Positions 20,881-30,693 of a stretch of 64,000 nucleotides of DNA are shown here, piece after piece. Each line of letters starts with the position of its first letter. The stretch's first letter is position 1. Both the position numbers and the translations under genes were made by a program. This stretch comes from Pseudomonadota bacterium (GTDB lineage: Bacteria > Campylobacterota > Campylobacteria > Campylobacterales > Sulfurimonadaceae), in NCBI GenBank assembly GCA_043797085.1, contig JAZDQA010000014.1:32001-96000 (forward strand), in the 5' to 3' direction. The notes under the pieces are model-generated. The model searched no databases. It had not been told where the DNA came from and saw only the letters and a list, made by a program, of their open reading frames with translations.

Positions 20881-22617
20881 ATGGACCGCATTACAAACGA
20901 TTTATTAGAAAAACGCCATATCACTCAACAGCAGATTGATCGTCTTCTCTCAAGAGGTGTTCAAAATGAGACTATTTTAGAAACTTTAACAAAAGTGGGT
21001 GCTGTTTCTCTTAACTTTGTTAAACGCTTTGTTGTTGAGCAAATACGATTAGGGGTTTATGAGCTCTCCGTCATTAAAAATTATCATTTTTTGGATGAAT
21101 CTTCCATCCTAACGTATTTAGCTGAAGTTCTTGAGCTCCCGTTTCTTGATTTGGATTCCATCGATATGGATTATAAATTAATGGAAAAAATCCCTACCGT
21201 ACAACTCAAACGTTACAATGCATTACCTATTTCTCAAGATGATATGTACGTTCTTATTGCCTTTGCCGATCCACTCAATATTGAAGCACAAGAATCCCTG
21301 CAACGTCTTTTTCCTCGCAAATCATTAAAAGTCGGTATTGCTACGGAAAAACAAATTCAAGCCTATCTCTTTAAAATTGAGCTAAAAGACAGCGTTAAAG
21401 AGTTAGTTAATAATATTCGCAATGAATTGCGCAATATTGGAACGATTGAAGAACAACAAGAAGCATCTTCTATCTTGCAATTAATTGATGTTATCTTAAA
21501 AGCGTGTATCAAAGGTCGTGCAAGTGATATTCATATTGAACCAACTGAGAAAAACTGTGTCGTTCGCGGGCGAATTGATGGTAAATTAACAGAAATATTT
21601 ATTTTTGACCGTGACATCTATCCCCCTCTTGCTTCAAGGGTGAAGTTATTAGCGAATCTCGATATTGCTGAGCGACGAAAACCACAAGATGGACGTTTTT
21701 CCGCCATTGTTATGGAAGCGGAATTTGATTTTCGTATTTCTACATTACCTATTCTCTATGGTGAATCAATTGTTATGCGTATTTTGGATAAAACCAAAGC
21801 CCTTGTAAAGCTCGAAGAATCCGGGATGGATTCAGTGAGTTACCAAAAACTTATCAAATCACTTGAATCACCTTTTGGAATTATCCTTGTCACAGGACCT
21901 ACAGGAAGCGGTAAAACGACTACCCTCTATGGTGCACTCAATGAATTACGAAACGTTGAAGACAAGGTCATTACCGTTGAAGATCCTGTCGAATATCGAA
22001 TGAATCTAATCCAGCAAGTTCAAGTGAATGCAAAAGTAGGACTCTCGTTTGCCGATGCCCTACGATCTATACTTCGTCAAGACCCAGATAAAATTATGAT
22101 CGGAGAGATTCGTGACCACGAAACACTTGAAATCGCCATTAAAGCAGCTTTGACCGGTCACTTAGTTATTTCTACCCTTCATACCAATGATGCGATTAGT
22201 GCTATTCCACGTATGTCAGACATGGGAATCGAGCCCTATCTTATCAGCGGGGCACTGATGGCGATACAAGCACAACGTTTAGTGCGCAGAATATGTAAAT
22301 ATTGCAAAAAAGAAGCCGATATACCTTTACTTTTACGAGAAGAGTACAGTGCATATATACCTCATAACACTATTTTTTATGTAGGAGCCGGCTGTAAAGA
22401 ATGTAATGGTTCAGGATATATGGGGCGTGAAATGATCTGTGAGGTGTTACCTATATCAGAGGCATTATCCAGTCTTATCGCCCGAGGCGGATCAAAAGAT
22501 GAAATATTCAAACAAGCAAAAGAAGAAGGTTTTGTAGGGATGTTTGAAAATGGAATGGCCAAAGCAGTTCAAGGGGTAACAACCATAGATGAAATATTAA
22601 GGGTGGCAAAAGGATGA
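20881..22617 (+). CDS. GspE/PilB assembly ATPase (CtsE-like)
   Basis: ASDIHIEP, ERRKPQDGR, GPTGSGKTTT, LRQDPDKIMIGEIRD and Zn-binding CxxC pairs. Confidence 0.95.
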   Translation: MDRITNDLLEKRHITQQQIDRLLSRGVQNETILETLTKVGAVSLNFVKRFVVEQIRLGVYELSVIKNYHFLDESSILTYLAEVLELPFLDLDSIDMDYKLMEKIPTVQLKRYNALPISQDDMYVLIAFADPLNIEAQESLQRLFPRKSLKVGIATEKQIQAYLFKIELKDSVKELVNNIRNELRNIGTIEEQQEASSILQLIDVILKACIKGRASDIHIEPTEKNCVVRGRIDGKLTEIFIFDRDIYPPLASRVKLLANLDIAERRKPQDGRFSAIVMEAEFDFRISTLPILYGESIVMRILDKTKALVKLEESGMDSVSYQKLIKSLESPFGIILVTGPTGSGKTTTLYGALNELRNVEDKVITVEDPVEYRMNLIQQVQVNAKVGLSFADALRSILRQDPDKIMIGEIRDHETLEIAIKAALTGHLVISTLHTNDAISAIPRMSDMGIEPYLISGALMAIQAQRLVRRICKYCKKEADIPLLLREEYSAYIPHNTIFYVGAGCKECNGSGYMGREMICEVLPISEALSSLIARGGSKDEIFKQAKEEGFVGMFENGMAKAVQGVTTIDEILRVAKG

Positions 22618-23861
22618 AATACTTTGTAGTAACCGTTCTCAGTAAAGGGAAAAGAAATGAATATGGATTATATGCTGAACATAAAAAAGAGGCTCATTAC
22701 CTTGCAAAAATTAAATTCTCAGGTATTATTTTAAAAACAAGAGAAGAATCAGCACCCCTTGAAGATCAATTTAAAAAGTTTAAAGAGACCATTTTTACTA
22801 ATCTTAAAAAGCGAAAACTTAAACAAGACTCACTTATTGCGGCCATTCGTCAGCTTGCCGTTATGGCAAATGCAGGGATATCAATTCATGACTCCCTTCA
22901 TGAAATAGCGGATGTTACCACAGACAAAACACTTAAAATTGTATTGGGAACAATGGCGGAGGACATCAACGCAGGTCATAGTCTTTCCAAATCTGCTGCT
23001 AAGTTTAGTTATGAGATTGGAACTTTGAGTCTTGCAATGATTGAATTGGGTGAAAAAACAGGTAATATGTCAGAAGCACTTCATAAACTCGCCGATATGC
23101 TTGAAGAAATTCGACGAAATATTATTAAATTTAAAAAAGCCATGGCCTACCCTCGTAACGTAATGATCGCCATGGCCGTGGCTTTTACCATACTTATTTC
23201 CTATGTTGTTCCACAATTTAAAGCTATTTTCGAACAATTACATGCTGAACTTCCAATGCCCACCAAAATTTTACTATTTTTAGAACATCTTTTTAACACC
23301 TACGGATTATATGTTTTAGCAGGAATTTTTATCTTTATCTTTTCTTTTAAATATACACTCGAACACAATAAAGAATTTAGATACAAATGGCATCAGTTTT
23401 TACTCAAAGTGTATTTGATTAAAAATATTATTATGTTTTCAACCCTTAGTCGTTTTACTCTTGTTTTTTCTGAGCTGGTACGCGCTGGTATACCTGTAGC
23501 TGAGGCTCTTGAAACTTCCACAGCTATGATCGACAATCTCCCTTTGCAAGAACGCTTATTAATTGTTCGTTCAGCCGTTGAAAAGGGAAGTTCATTACAT
23601 TCAGGACTTAAAGAAACGCATTTATTTGAAAACATGATTATTCAAATGATCTCGGCTGGAGAGTCAAGCGGTCAGTTGGATGCGATGCTTCAAAAAGTAA
23701 TGGAATATTACAAGATGCGTTTTGATGCTATCATCGATGGACTCTCTGAAGCAGTTGAGCCTATCATGCTCTTTATTATCGCAAGTATGGTTATTTTGTT
23801 GGCTTTGGGTATTTTCTTGCCTATGTGGGATATGGGAAATGCTGTTAATGGGCGAAGTTAA
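22614..23861 (+). CDS. GspF/PilC platform protein (CtsF-like)
   Basis: RQLAVMANAGI, GEKTG, AMAYP, AGESSGQLD and EPI...LPMWD. Confidence 0.93.
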   Translation: MKYFVVTVLSKGKRNEYGLYAEHKKEAHYLAKIKFSGIILKTREESAPLEDQFKKFKETIFTNLKKRKLKQDSLIAAIRQLAVMANAGISIHDSLHEIADVTTDKTLKIVLGTMAEDINAGHSLSKSAAKFSYEIGTLSLAMIELGEKTGNMSEALHKLADMLEEIRRNIIKFKKAMAYPRNVMIAMAVAFTILISYVVPQFKAIFEQLHAELPMPTKILLFLEHLFNTYGLYVLAGIFIFIFSFKYTLEHNKEFRYKWHQFLLKVYLIKNIIMFSTLSRFTLVFSELVRAGIPVAEALETSTAMIDNLPLQERLLIVRSAVEKGSSLHSGLKETHLFENMIIQMISAGESSGQLDAMLQKVMEYYKMRFDAIIDGLSEAVEPIMLFIIASMVILLALGIFLPMWDMGNAVNGRS

Positions 23862-23868
23862 AAAGAGG

Positions 23869-25941
23869 TCAATCTACCTCTTTTTTGTGTACTAAAGAAT
23901 TATAAGTCTCATCCTTTGGTATCAGACCTGTCTCAAATAAAAATTGAGATGAGACAAAGTTGCTTTTTTTAATTTTGTCATATTTTGCATAACTCAAATA
24001 AAGTCGATCTTTCGCGCGGGTTACCGCCACATAAAAAAGTCGACGCTCTTCCTCGATACTTCCACTACGGCTCATCAGTTTTCGATTTGGAAAACGCCCA
24101 TCCATCAAATCAATAACATACACCTCTTTATATTCTAACCCTTTGGAAGCATGAACACTGAGCAAATGGACACCTTCCCCTTGAGTTAAGTCCTGCGATC
24201 CTAAGACCATAGCATTCAAAAAGCGCTCATGCTCTTTATAAGGTCGTGAAAGCTCAAATAAAATGGTACATTTTCGGCGGATTTTCTCTTGGGATTCACT
24301 TTTAACACGTTCATCTATCGATCCATTTTCGGTCATTGCACGCCTATGTGACAAATGCTCGATTACATGTCCATAAAGATTTGAGACCGCTATTTTTTGG
24401 ACTGCTTCTTTGGGTAATTTAGCGTCGCGAAGCTTTCGAAATAACATAAACAAATCATGCAAAAAAGTGGCTGATTCTTTCGTAAGCTTTGCATGTTTAA
24501 GAATGGGATTTCCCATAAAATTTGGGTCAAGCCCTAACTTTGCAAATCGCCCTGCACTACCAAGCTCCGCGTAATCATCAAACAATCCCAACTGATGATT
24601 AAGTTTACGTTTTTCAAAGGGGTTAGTGATGGAGGTATCAGGGGTATATAATCCCCGTAAAAAAGACCCTTTACCAAGTTTTTGAAGTGCCACAAACAGC
24701 TCTTTAGCCACTGCACTTCCTACCCCTTTGGCATAATCAAACAGATGTATAAACGCCATCATATCCGATTCATTCACGAGCAATGTGTACATGTCCAGCA
24801 ACGCTTTGATCTCTTTAGAATCAAAAAAACTTGTCCCTCCACGTCTGCGACATGCAATCCCCATCTCACGCAATGTTGCTTCAATCCCATCCGCTGAGGC
24901 ATTATTTCGAAAAATAACGGCAATCTCATCACGAGCTGTTGGCGAATCCCCGATTAAACGGGTAATACCGTGATATTGTTCAAACAGCTCCTCATAAATC
25001 AACAACGATGGTGCCTGCGCTTCTCCCGTTCGGGTTACTTCCAAAGCTTTAGGGTAAATGCGTTCATTATACGCGATGACCGTATTGGCAAGAGAGAGAA
25101 TCGGAACCGTTGAGCGGTAATTTTTATTGAGTGTATAAACCTTTGCATCAGGGAAATTGGTACTAAATGAGCCGATAATCGAAATGTCTGCTCCATTAAA
25201 AGCATAAATACTTTGATCATAATCCCCAACACAAAAAAGCGAAGGCGGGCGCATAGCATTAATCAATGTCCCCTGCAAAGCATTGGTATCTTGATATTCA
25301 TCAATCAATACCTCTTTGTACCCCAAATCATTTTGAGATGCCAAATGACGCATTTGAAGCAATAAATCATTGAAATTTACAAAACCGTACTCTTTTTTGA
25401 GTGCTTCGAATTCATCGATAATATCCGCATAAATCATGGCATACACGGCATGTTCATCTTGGCGTGTTAGTATCCACTCTTCAAAATTAATCTCAATTTC
25501 GGTATTTTGATAAAATGAATACACATCATAAAGATAATTGGCACCATACGCAGGGGTAGCATTATCTATATGCGAAAAAGTCCGTTTTTCATAAACACTT
25601 CGAAAAAGTGTTTTAAGTTCACGAGGTTGTTTTAAAACCACTTTCCCTTCTTTACGCTTTAGCCATCGATAACTCACCGCATGAAATGTCCCAGCATCGA
25701 CCTTCGAAGCAATCTCAGAACCAAAAAATGCAGCGACACGCTCTACCATTTCCTGAGCTGCTTTGTTGGTAAATGTCAATAATAATATCTCTTCGGGTTT
25801 AACATCTTGTGAAAGGAGATAGGCAATACGCCCTACAATCGTAGAGGTTTTACCCGTACCTGCTGAAGCAATAATAAGGTTATGACCATACGGTGCCGTT
25901 GCGGCTGTATGCTGTTGAGAATTGAGACGAGAAAGTGGCAA
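23869..25941 (-). CDS. UvrD/Rep family ATP-dependent DNA helicase
   Basis: ASAGTGKT, LTFTNKAA, DEYQD, VGDYDQSIY, NYRS, HASKGLE and EERRLFYVAVTRA. Confidence 0.94.
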   Translation of the reverse strand: MPLSRLNSQQHTAATAPYGHNLIIASAGTGKTSTIVGRIAYLLSQDVKPEEILLLTFTNKAAQEMVERVAAFFGSEIASKVDAGTFHAVSYRWLKRKEGKVVLKQPRELKTLFRSVYEKRTFSHIDNATPAYGANYLYDVYSFYQNTEIEINFEEWILTRQDEHAVYAMIYADIIDEFEALKKEYGFVNFNDLLLQMRHLASQNDLGYKEVLIDEYQDTNALQGTLINAMRPPSLFCVGDYDQSIYAFNGADISIIGSFSTNFPDAKVYTLNKNYRSTVPILSLANTVIAYNERIYPKALEVTRTGEAQAPSLLIYEELFEQYHGITRLIGDSPTARDEIAVIFRNNASADGIEATLREMGIACRRRGGTSFFDSKEIKALLDMYTLLVNESDMMAFIHLFDYAKGVGSAVAKELFVALQKLGKGSFLRGLYTPDTSITNPFEKRKLNHQLGLFDDYAELGSAGRFAKLGLDPNFMGNPILKHAKLTKESATFLHDLFMLFRKLRDAKLPKEAVQKIAVSNLYGHVIEHLSHRRAMTENGSIDERVKSESQEKIRRKCTILFELSRPYKEHERFLNAMVLGSQDLTQGEGVHLLSVHASKGLEYKEVYVIDLMDGRFPNRKLMSRSGSIEEERRLFYVAVTRAKDRLYLSYAKYDKIKKSNFVSSQFLFETGLIPKDETYNSLVHKKEVD

Positions 25942-25971
25942 GAAGCTCCCTAAAGCTTCTAAAATAGAAGC

Positions 25972-26352
25972 TTATTTAAAATTTTTAATTGGTTCAGCCA
26001 ATGCATATTCTGGATGATCTTTTGCATCCAATATTACTTGTGCCATAGTTGCATTATCTTGGTTAAAAATCAATGGAGCGAGGAAATTAACGCATGATTC
26101 ATCCAGCGGATTTTGAATAATAACGACATTATATACGAGCACGTTTGATTTTTCATTAATATTAAGCAAAATACGCATAGAAGCTGGTACATCAAAGGAG
26201 TATTCACGTAATTTATACGGATCTGCAAGTGTAAAACTAATATCTGAATCTTCACCACTTTTCAGTGTTAAAAATAACTCATCGATAGGTGTGATTTTTA
26301 CTGTAGTTATTTGATCAAATCCTAAGATCGATGACTTCACTTCATATTGCAT
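25972..26352 (-). CDS. fliW: Flagellar assembly factor FliW
   Basis: ILGF, FTL.DPY..REYSFDV and NFLAPL. Start re-assigned to MQYEVK after a GGGAG RBS. Confidence 0.9.
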   Translation of the reverse strand: MQYEVKSSILGFDQITTVKITPIDELFLTLKSGEDSDISFTLADPYKLREYSFDVPASMRILLNINEKSNVLVYNVVIIQNPLDESCVNFLAPLIFNQDNATMAQVILDAKDHPEYALAEPIKNFK

Positions 26353-26408
26353 GATTGCTCCCAAATGTTTAATAGCCAATAAGAGCAATAAGTGTTCCCC
26401 CTAAATTT

Positions 26409-26417
26409 TGGTATAAT
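26409..26417 (+). promoter_or_regulatory. Extended -10 promoter of valS
   Basis: TGGTATAAT about 31 nt upstream of the valS ATG. Confidence 0.65.
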
Positions 26418-26448
26418 TCGCCTATATTTTCCTATTTAAGGCTATTTT

Positions 26449-29067
26449 ATGTCCGCTACTCACTACGATCCCAAAAATATTGAAGAAAGCTACTACCCTA
26501 TTTGGGAAAATCGTGGTTACTTTGAAGTGGACGGGAATAAAACCATCGTAAAACCTAATAAACATTTTTCTATCATGATGCCTCCTCCCAATGTCACTGG
26601 ACGACTTCATATCGGGCATGCTCTTACTTTTACCCTTCAAGACATTATCGTTCGTTACAAACGTATGGACGGCTACGCAACGCTTTGGCAGCCGGGAACT
26701 GACCATGCCGGTATTGCTACTCAAAATGTTGTGGAAAAACAGCTTTTAGCCCAAGGAACAACCAAAGAAGAACTCGGTCGTGAAGCATTTTTAGAACGTG
26801 TTTGGGAATGGAAAGAAGAAAGTGGCGGGATCATGGTCGGACAGCTCCGTAAACTTGGAGTTTCTCCTGCTTGGAGCCGTGAGCGTTTTACCATGGATGA
26901 GGGACTAAAAAGCTCCGTAAAAGAAGCATTTGTCCATCTTTATAATCAAAACCTCATCATCCGTGGCAACTACATGGTCAACTGGTGTACGCATGATGGC
27001 GCACTCAGTGATATCGAAGTGGAACATGAAGAGCACCAAGGGCATTTTTACCACATGCGCTATGCTTTCAGTGACGGCAGTGGTCATATAACGGTTGCTA
27101 CGACTCGACCTGAAACTTATTTCGGAGATACTGCCATCATGGTTCATCCGGATGATGAACGCTATACTCATTTAATCGGTAAAAGTATCACTCTCCCCCT
27201 CATCAACCGCGAGATCAAAATCATTGCCGACAGCCATGTTGATATGGAGTTTGGAACGGGTGTCGTTAAAGTTACCCCTGCCCATGACACCAATGACTAC
27301 GAAGTAGGCAAGCGCCATGATTTGGAATTTATTACGGTCTTTGACGAAAAAGGTATTTTGAATCACCATGCAGGAGAGTTCGAAGGGCTGGAACGTCTTG
27401 CCTCTCGTGAAATCATCGTCAAACGTCTTAATGAAGCAGGATTTATTGAAAAAATAGAAGATCACGTTCATCAAGTAGGACATTGCTACCGTTGTAAAAA
27501 TATCGTTGAACCGTATATCTCAAAGCAATGGTTTGTCCGTAAAGAAGTCGCACGTAATTCGATCGATAAAACCAATGACGGCTTAGCTCAGTTTTTCCCG
27601 CCCCATTGGATCAACAGCTACAACTCATGGATGGGAGAACTGCGCGACTGGTGTATCTCTCGACAACTGTGGTGGGGACATCGTATTCCTGTATTTTATT
27701 GTAACGATTGCGATCACGAATGGGCGAGTCTCGAAGAGAATCCGCACGTCTGTCCGCATTGTGCAAGCACATCATTTACGCAAGACCCTGATGTTTTGGA
27801 TACATGGTTCAGCTCTGCATTATGGCCTTTCTCGACATTGGGATGGGGTAATGGTGACGTGAGTGCTGATGCACTGTTTCAAAGTGAAGATATGGCAAAG
27901 TTTTATCCCAACAGCCTTCTTATCACAGGATTTGACATCCTCTTTTTCTGGGTTGCGCGAATGATGATGATGGGAGAAAGTTTTACAGGAGAACTCCCGT
28001 TTAAACACATTTACCTTCATGCCCTTGTTCGTGATGAAAACGGTCAAAAAATGTCAAAATCCAAAGGCAACGTCATCGATCCTCTGGATATGATAGAGCA
28101 GTACAGTACGGATGCCTTGCGTTTTACCCTTGCTGTTTTAGCGGCTCAAGGTCGTGATATTCGTCTTAGTTCTGACAAGCTGGAACAAAGCCGCAACTTT
28201 ACCAATAAACTTTTTAACGCTTCCAAGTTTTTACAAATGAACGTTGAAACCTTTAAAGATTTGTCCCAACAAGAGATTACTACACCATTGGGTCGCTATA
28301 TGCTAAGCCGTTTTAGACGTGCTACGGCTGAGACGAGAGGATATTTGGATGAGTATCGCTTTAATGATGCGGCTACTACCCTCTATCGCTTCTTGTGGAA
28401 TGAATTTTGTGACTGGGGAATCGAGCTTGGAAAAGCTTCCAAAGAGAGCGTTCATGAGCTGGGAAGTATCTTTAAAGAGTCAATGAAACTGCTACATCCT
28501 TTCATGCCGTTTATCACAGAGCATCTTTATCACGAACTCTCAGGAACAACTCTCGAAGATGGCAATTCCATTATGGTCATGATGTATCCTGATGATGTCA
28601 CTATCGATGAAGAGATTGAAGCGGAGTTTGCCATTATTATGGATGCCATTATTACCATTCGTCGTGCTAAGACACTTGTTGACTGCGGGAATCAAAAAAT
28701 CCCTCTAGCGTATGTAAAATGCAGTGGAAACCATATTATGATGGAGCCCTTTATCGCACGCTTGGGAAAAGTTGAAACCCTGAAATTTACAGACAGTAAA
28801 GTTGACAATGCAATCAGTGACATTGGTGAGAGCGTTGAGGTGTATATCCCTACCGAAGCAATTGATTTGTCACCCATCATCGACCGACTAACAAAACAGC
28901 GTGAAAAACTTCAAAAAGAAGCGGATAAACTAAGCGGTATGCTCTCCAATGAGCGCTTTGTTGCCAATGCACCTGAATCTGTCATTACCGAAAATCGTAA
29001 CGGTTTAGCCGACGCGCAAGAAAAAATAGCAAAAATCGACGCGCAACTAGGATCGTTGCAAAACTAA
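26449..29067 (+). CDS. valS: Valine--tRNA ligase
   Basis: PPPNVTGRLHIGH, DWCISRQLWWGH and KMSKS; C-terminal coiled coil. Confidence 0.98.
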   Translation: MSATHYDPKNIEESYYPIWENRGYFEVDGNKTIVKPNKHFSIMMPPPNVTGRLHIGHALTFTLQDIIVRYKRMDGYATLWQPGTDHAGIATQNVVEKQLLAQGTTKEELGREAFLERVWEWKEESGGIMVGQLRKLGVSPAWSRERFTMDEGLKSSVKEAFVHLYNQNLIIRGNYMVNWCTHDGALSDIEVEHEEHQGHFYHMRYAFSDGSGHITVATTRPETYFGDTAIMVHPDDERYTHLIGKSITLPLINREIKIIADSHVDMEFGTGVVKVTPAHDTNDYEVGKRHDLEFITVFDEKGILNHHAGEFEGLERLASREIIVKRLNEAGFIEKIEDHVHQVGHCYRCKNIVEPYISKQWFVRKEVARNSIDKTNDGLAQFFPPHWINSYNSWMGELRDWCISRQLWWGHRIPVFYCNDCDHEWASLEENPHVCPHCASTSFTQDPDVLDTWFSSALWPFSTLGWGNGDVSADALFQSEDMAKFYPNSLLITGFDILFFWVARMMMMGESFTGELPFKHIYLHALVRDENGQKMSKSKGNVIDPLDMIEQYSTDALRFTLAVLAAQGRDIRLSSDKLEQSRNFTNKLFNASKFLQMNVETFKDLSQQEITTPLGRYMLSRFRRATAETRGYLDEYRFNDAATTLYRFLWNEFCDWGIELGKASKESVHELGSIFKESMKLLHPFMPFITEHLYHELSGTTLEDGNSIMVMMYPDDVTIDEEIEAEFAIIMDAIITIRRAKTLVDCGNQKIPLAYVKCSGNHIMMEPFIARLGKVETLKFTDSKVDNAISDIGESVEVYIPTEAIDLSPIIDRLTKQREKLQKEADKLSGMLSNERFVANAPESVITENRNGLADAQEKIAKIDAQLGSLQN

Positions 29068-29076
29068 TAGCAGAAT

Positions 29077-29643
29077 TTAATCTGCTATTCCCTCTATTTC
29101 AATCGTCATTTTGACCTCATCACCCACAACAACTCCACCTGATTCAATTGCTTTATTCCAACTCAAGCCGAAATCTTTGCGATTGATTTTACCTTCCAAC
29201 GTCAAACCTGATCGTTGATTTCCACTATTATCAGTCATTACCCCGCCTATATCCATATCCAATACTACTTTTTTTGTTATGCCATGCATGGTTAAATTTC
29301 CAGTAACTTTTTTTCCCTTTTGAGACAGCATTGCAAATGTAATCTCAGGATATTTTATTACATCAAAAAAATCAGCACTGCGTAAATGCTCATCACGTTT
29401 TTCAATTCCAGTATTTATAGTCGATGCTTTTACGGTACCGCTCAATGATTTAAGTACGCCCTTCTCCAAATCATACGATCCGCTAAAACCGCTAAAATTA
29501 CCGCTTACTGAACTAATCATCATGTGTTTTACTTTAAATCCAACACTTGAATGAGAAACGTCTACACTATAAGGTGCAGCACATAACGACATTGATCCCA
29601 GCAACAAACTCGACACAACCGTAGCAATAAAATGATGCTTCAC
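29077..29643 (-). CDS. YceI family periplasmic lipid/polyisoprenoid-binding protein
   Basis: HSSVGFKVKH, RDEHLRSADFFD and INRKDFG. Confidence 0.92.
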   Translation of the reverse strand: MKHHFIATVVSSLLLGSMSLCAAPYSVDVSHSSVGFKVKHMMISSVSGNFSGFSGSYDLEKGVLKSLSGTVKASTINTGIEKRDEHLRSADFFDVIKYPEITFAMLSQKGKKVTGNLTMHGITKKVVLDMDIGGVMTDNSGNQRSGLTLEGKINRKDFGLSWNKAIESGGVVVGDEVKMTIEIEGIAD

Positions 29644-29770
29644 AGAACTTCCTTTAATTAGAAAAATTTATTTATTGTAGTGTGTTTTTTAGAATGATTT
29701 CTTAACTCTCGGTTAATGGGGAAAATATTTAAGCTTTGCTATACTTTTGCAACTATCAAAAAGGTATATT

Positions 29771-30454
29771 ATGGAACTTTGCGTCGCACTGGATCTACCC
29801 ACAATGCAAGAAAATTTAGAACTTATTGAAAAAATAAAACACTATCCCATCTGGCTAAAAGTAGGACTTCGCTCTTACATTCGGGATGGGAAACCGTTCA
29901 TTGATGCGATTAAGCAGATCAATCCCGATTTCAAAATATTTCTCGATTTAAAACTCTACGATATTCCCAATACAATGGCAGATTCAGCCGAATCCATCAT
30001 GGGACTTGGTGTTGATATGTTTAACGTTCATGCCTCTGCCGGTCGTAAAGCAATGGCAGAAGTGATGAAACGGCTTCAGCCCTACGATAATCGTCCGTTA
30101 GTTTTAGCCGTTACCGCATTAACCTCTTTTGATGAAAATGAATTTACTCATGTATACGAAAAATCCATCGCTGATAAAGCCGATCAATTTGCGCAAGATG
30201 CTCATGAAGCTGGACTGGATGGAGTTGTGTGCAGTGCGTATGAGAGCGCTTCGATCAAATCCCTTACTTCTAATGCGTTTATCACCCTCACCCCCGGTAT
30301 TCGACCATTTGGTGAGGATGCCGGAGATCAAGAACGTGTTGCAACCATTGAAGTGGCTCATAATGCAAAAGTTGACTTTATCGTCGTAGGACGACCGATC
30401 TATGCTTCTCAAGACCCTGCTTTAGTAGTACAAAAAATTATTGCCAGTTTATAA
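29771..30454 (+). CDS. pyrF: Orotidine-5'-phosphate decarboxylase
   Basis: LCVALD, FLDLKLYDIPNT, TPGIRP and VVGRPI. Start re-assigned to ATG 29771. Confidence 0.96.
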   Translation: MELCVALDLPTMQENLELIEKIKHYPIWLKVGLRSYIRDGKPFIDAIKQINPDFKIFLDLKLYDIPNTMADSAESIMGLGVDMFNVHASAGRKAMAEVMKRLQPYDNRPLVLAVTALTSFDENEFTHVYEKSIADKADQFAQDAHEAGLDGVVCSAYESASIKSLTSNAFITLTPGIRPFGEDAGDQERVATIEVAHNAKVDFIVVGRPIYASQDPALVVQKIIASL

Positions 30455-30472
30455 GATTATCTTGCATATATT

Positions 30473-30493
30473 AAGCACCTATTTAAGGTGCTT
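30473..30493. terminator. Inverted repeat between pyrF and tRNA (possible terminator)
   Basis: AAGCACCT-attta-AGGTGCTT, an 8 bp perfect stem. Confidence 0.4.
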
Positions 30494-30536
30494 GTTATCT
30501 AAGCCTGACTATAATTACGCCCTCTTAGACATATAC

Positions 30537-30626
30537 GGACGAGTAGGAAAGCGGCTGAATCCACCTCCCTGCTAAGGAGACGTACTGGCAACGGTACCGA
30601 GAGTTCGAATCTCTCCTCGTCCGCCA
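30537..30626 (+). tRNA. tRNA-Ser(GCT)
   Basis: Acceptor GGACGAG/CTCGTCC+GCCA; anticodon loop CTGCTAA (GCT 30571-30573); long variable arm GTACTG-GCAA-CGGTAC; T arm GAGAG-TTCGAAT-CTCTC. Confidence 0.96.
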
Positions 30627-30627
30627 C
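30604..30627 (+). repeat. att core, left copy (tRNA 3' end)
   Basis: TTCGAATCTCTCCTCGTCCGCCAC, identical to 35882-35905. Confidence 0.93.
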
Positions 30628-30673
30628 CTAAATTCCCTACATTACGAACTTCAAAAGACTTACAAAAAACAGC

Positions 30674-30693
30674 AGTGACACTATAGTGCCATA
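30674..30693 (+). repeat. Putative integrase arm-type site, left
   Basis: AGTGACACTATAGTGCCATA, 19/20 identical to 35777-35796; overlaps the int stop codon. Confidence 0.7.
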
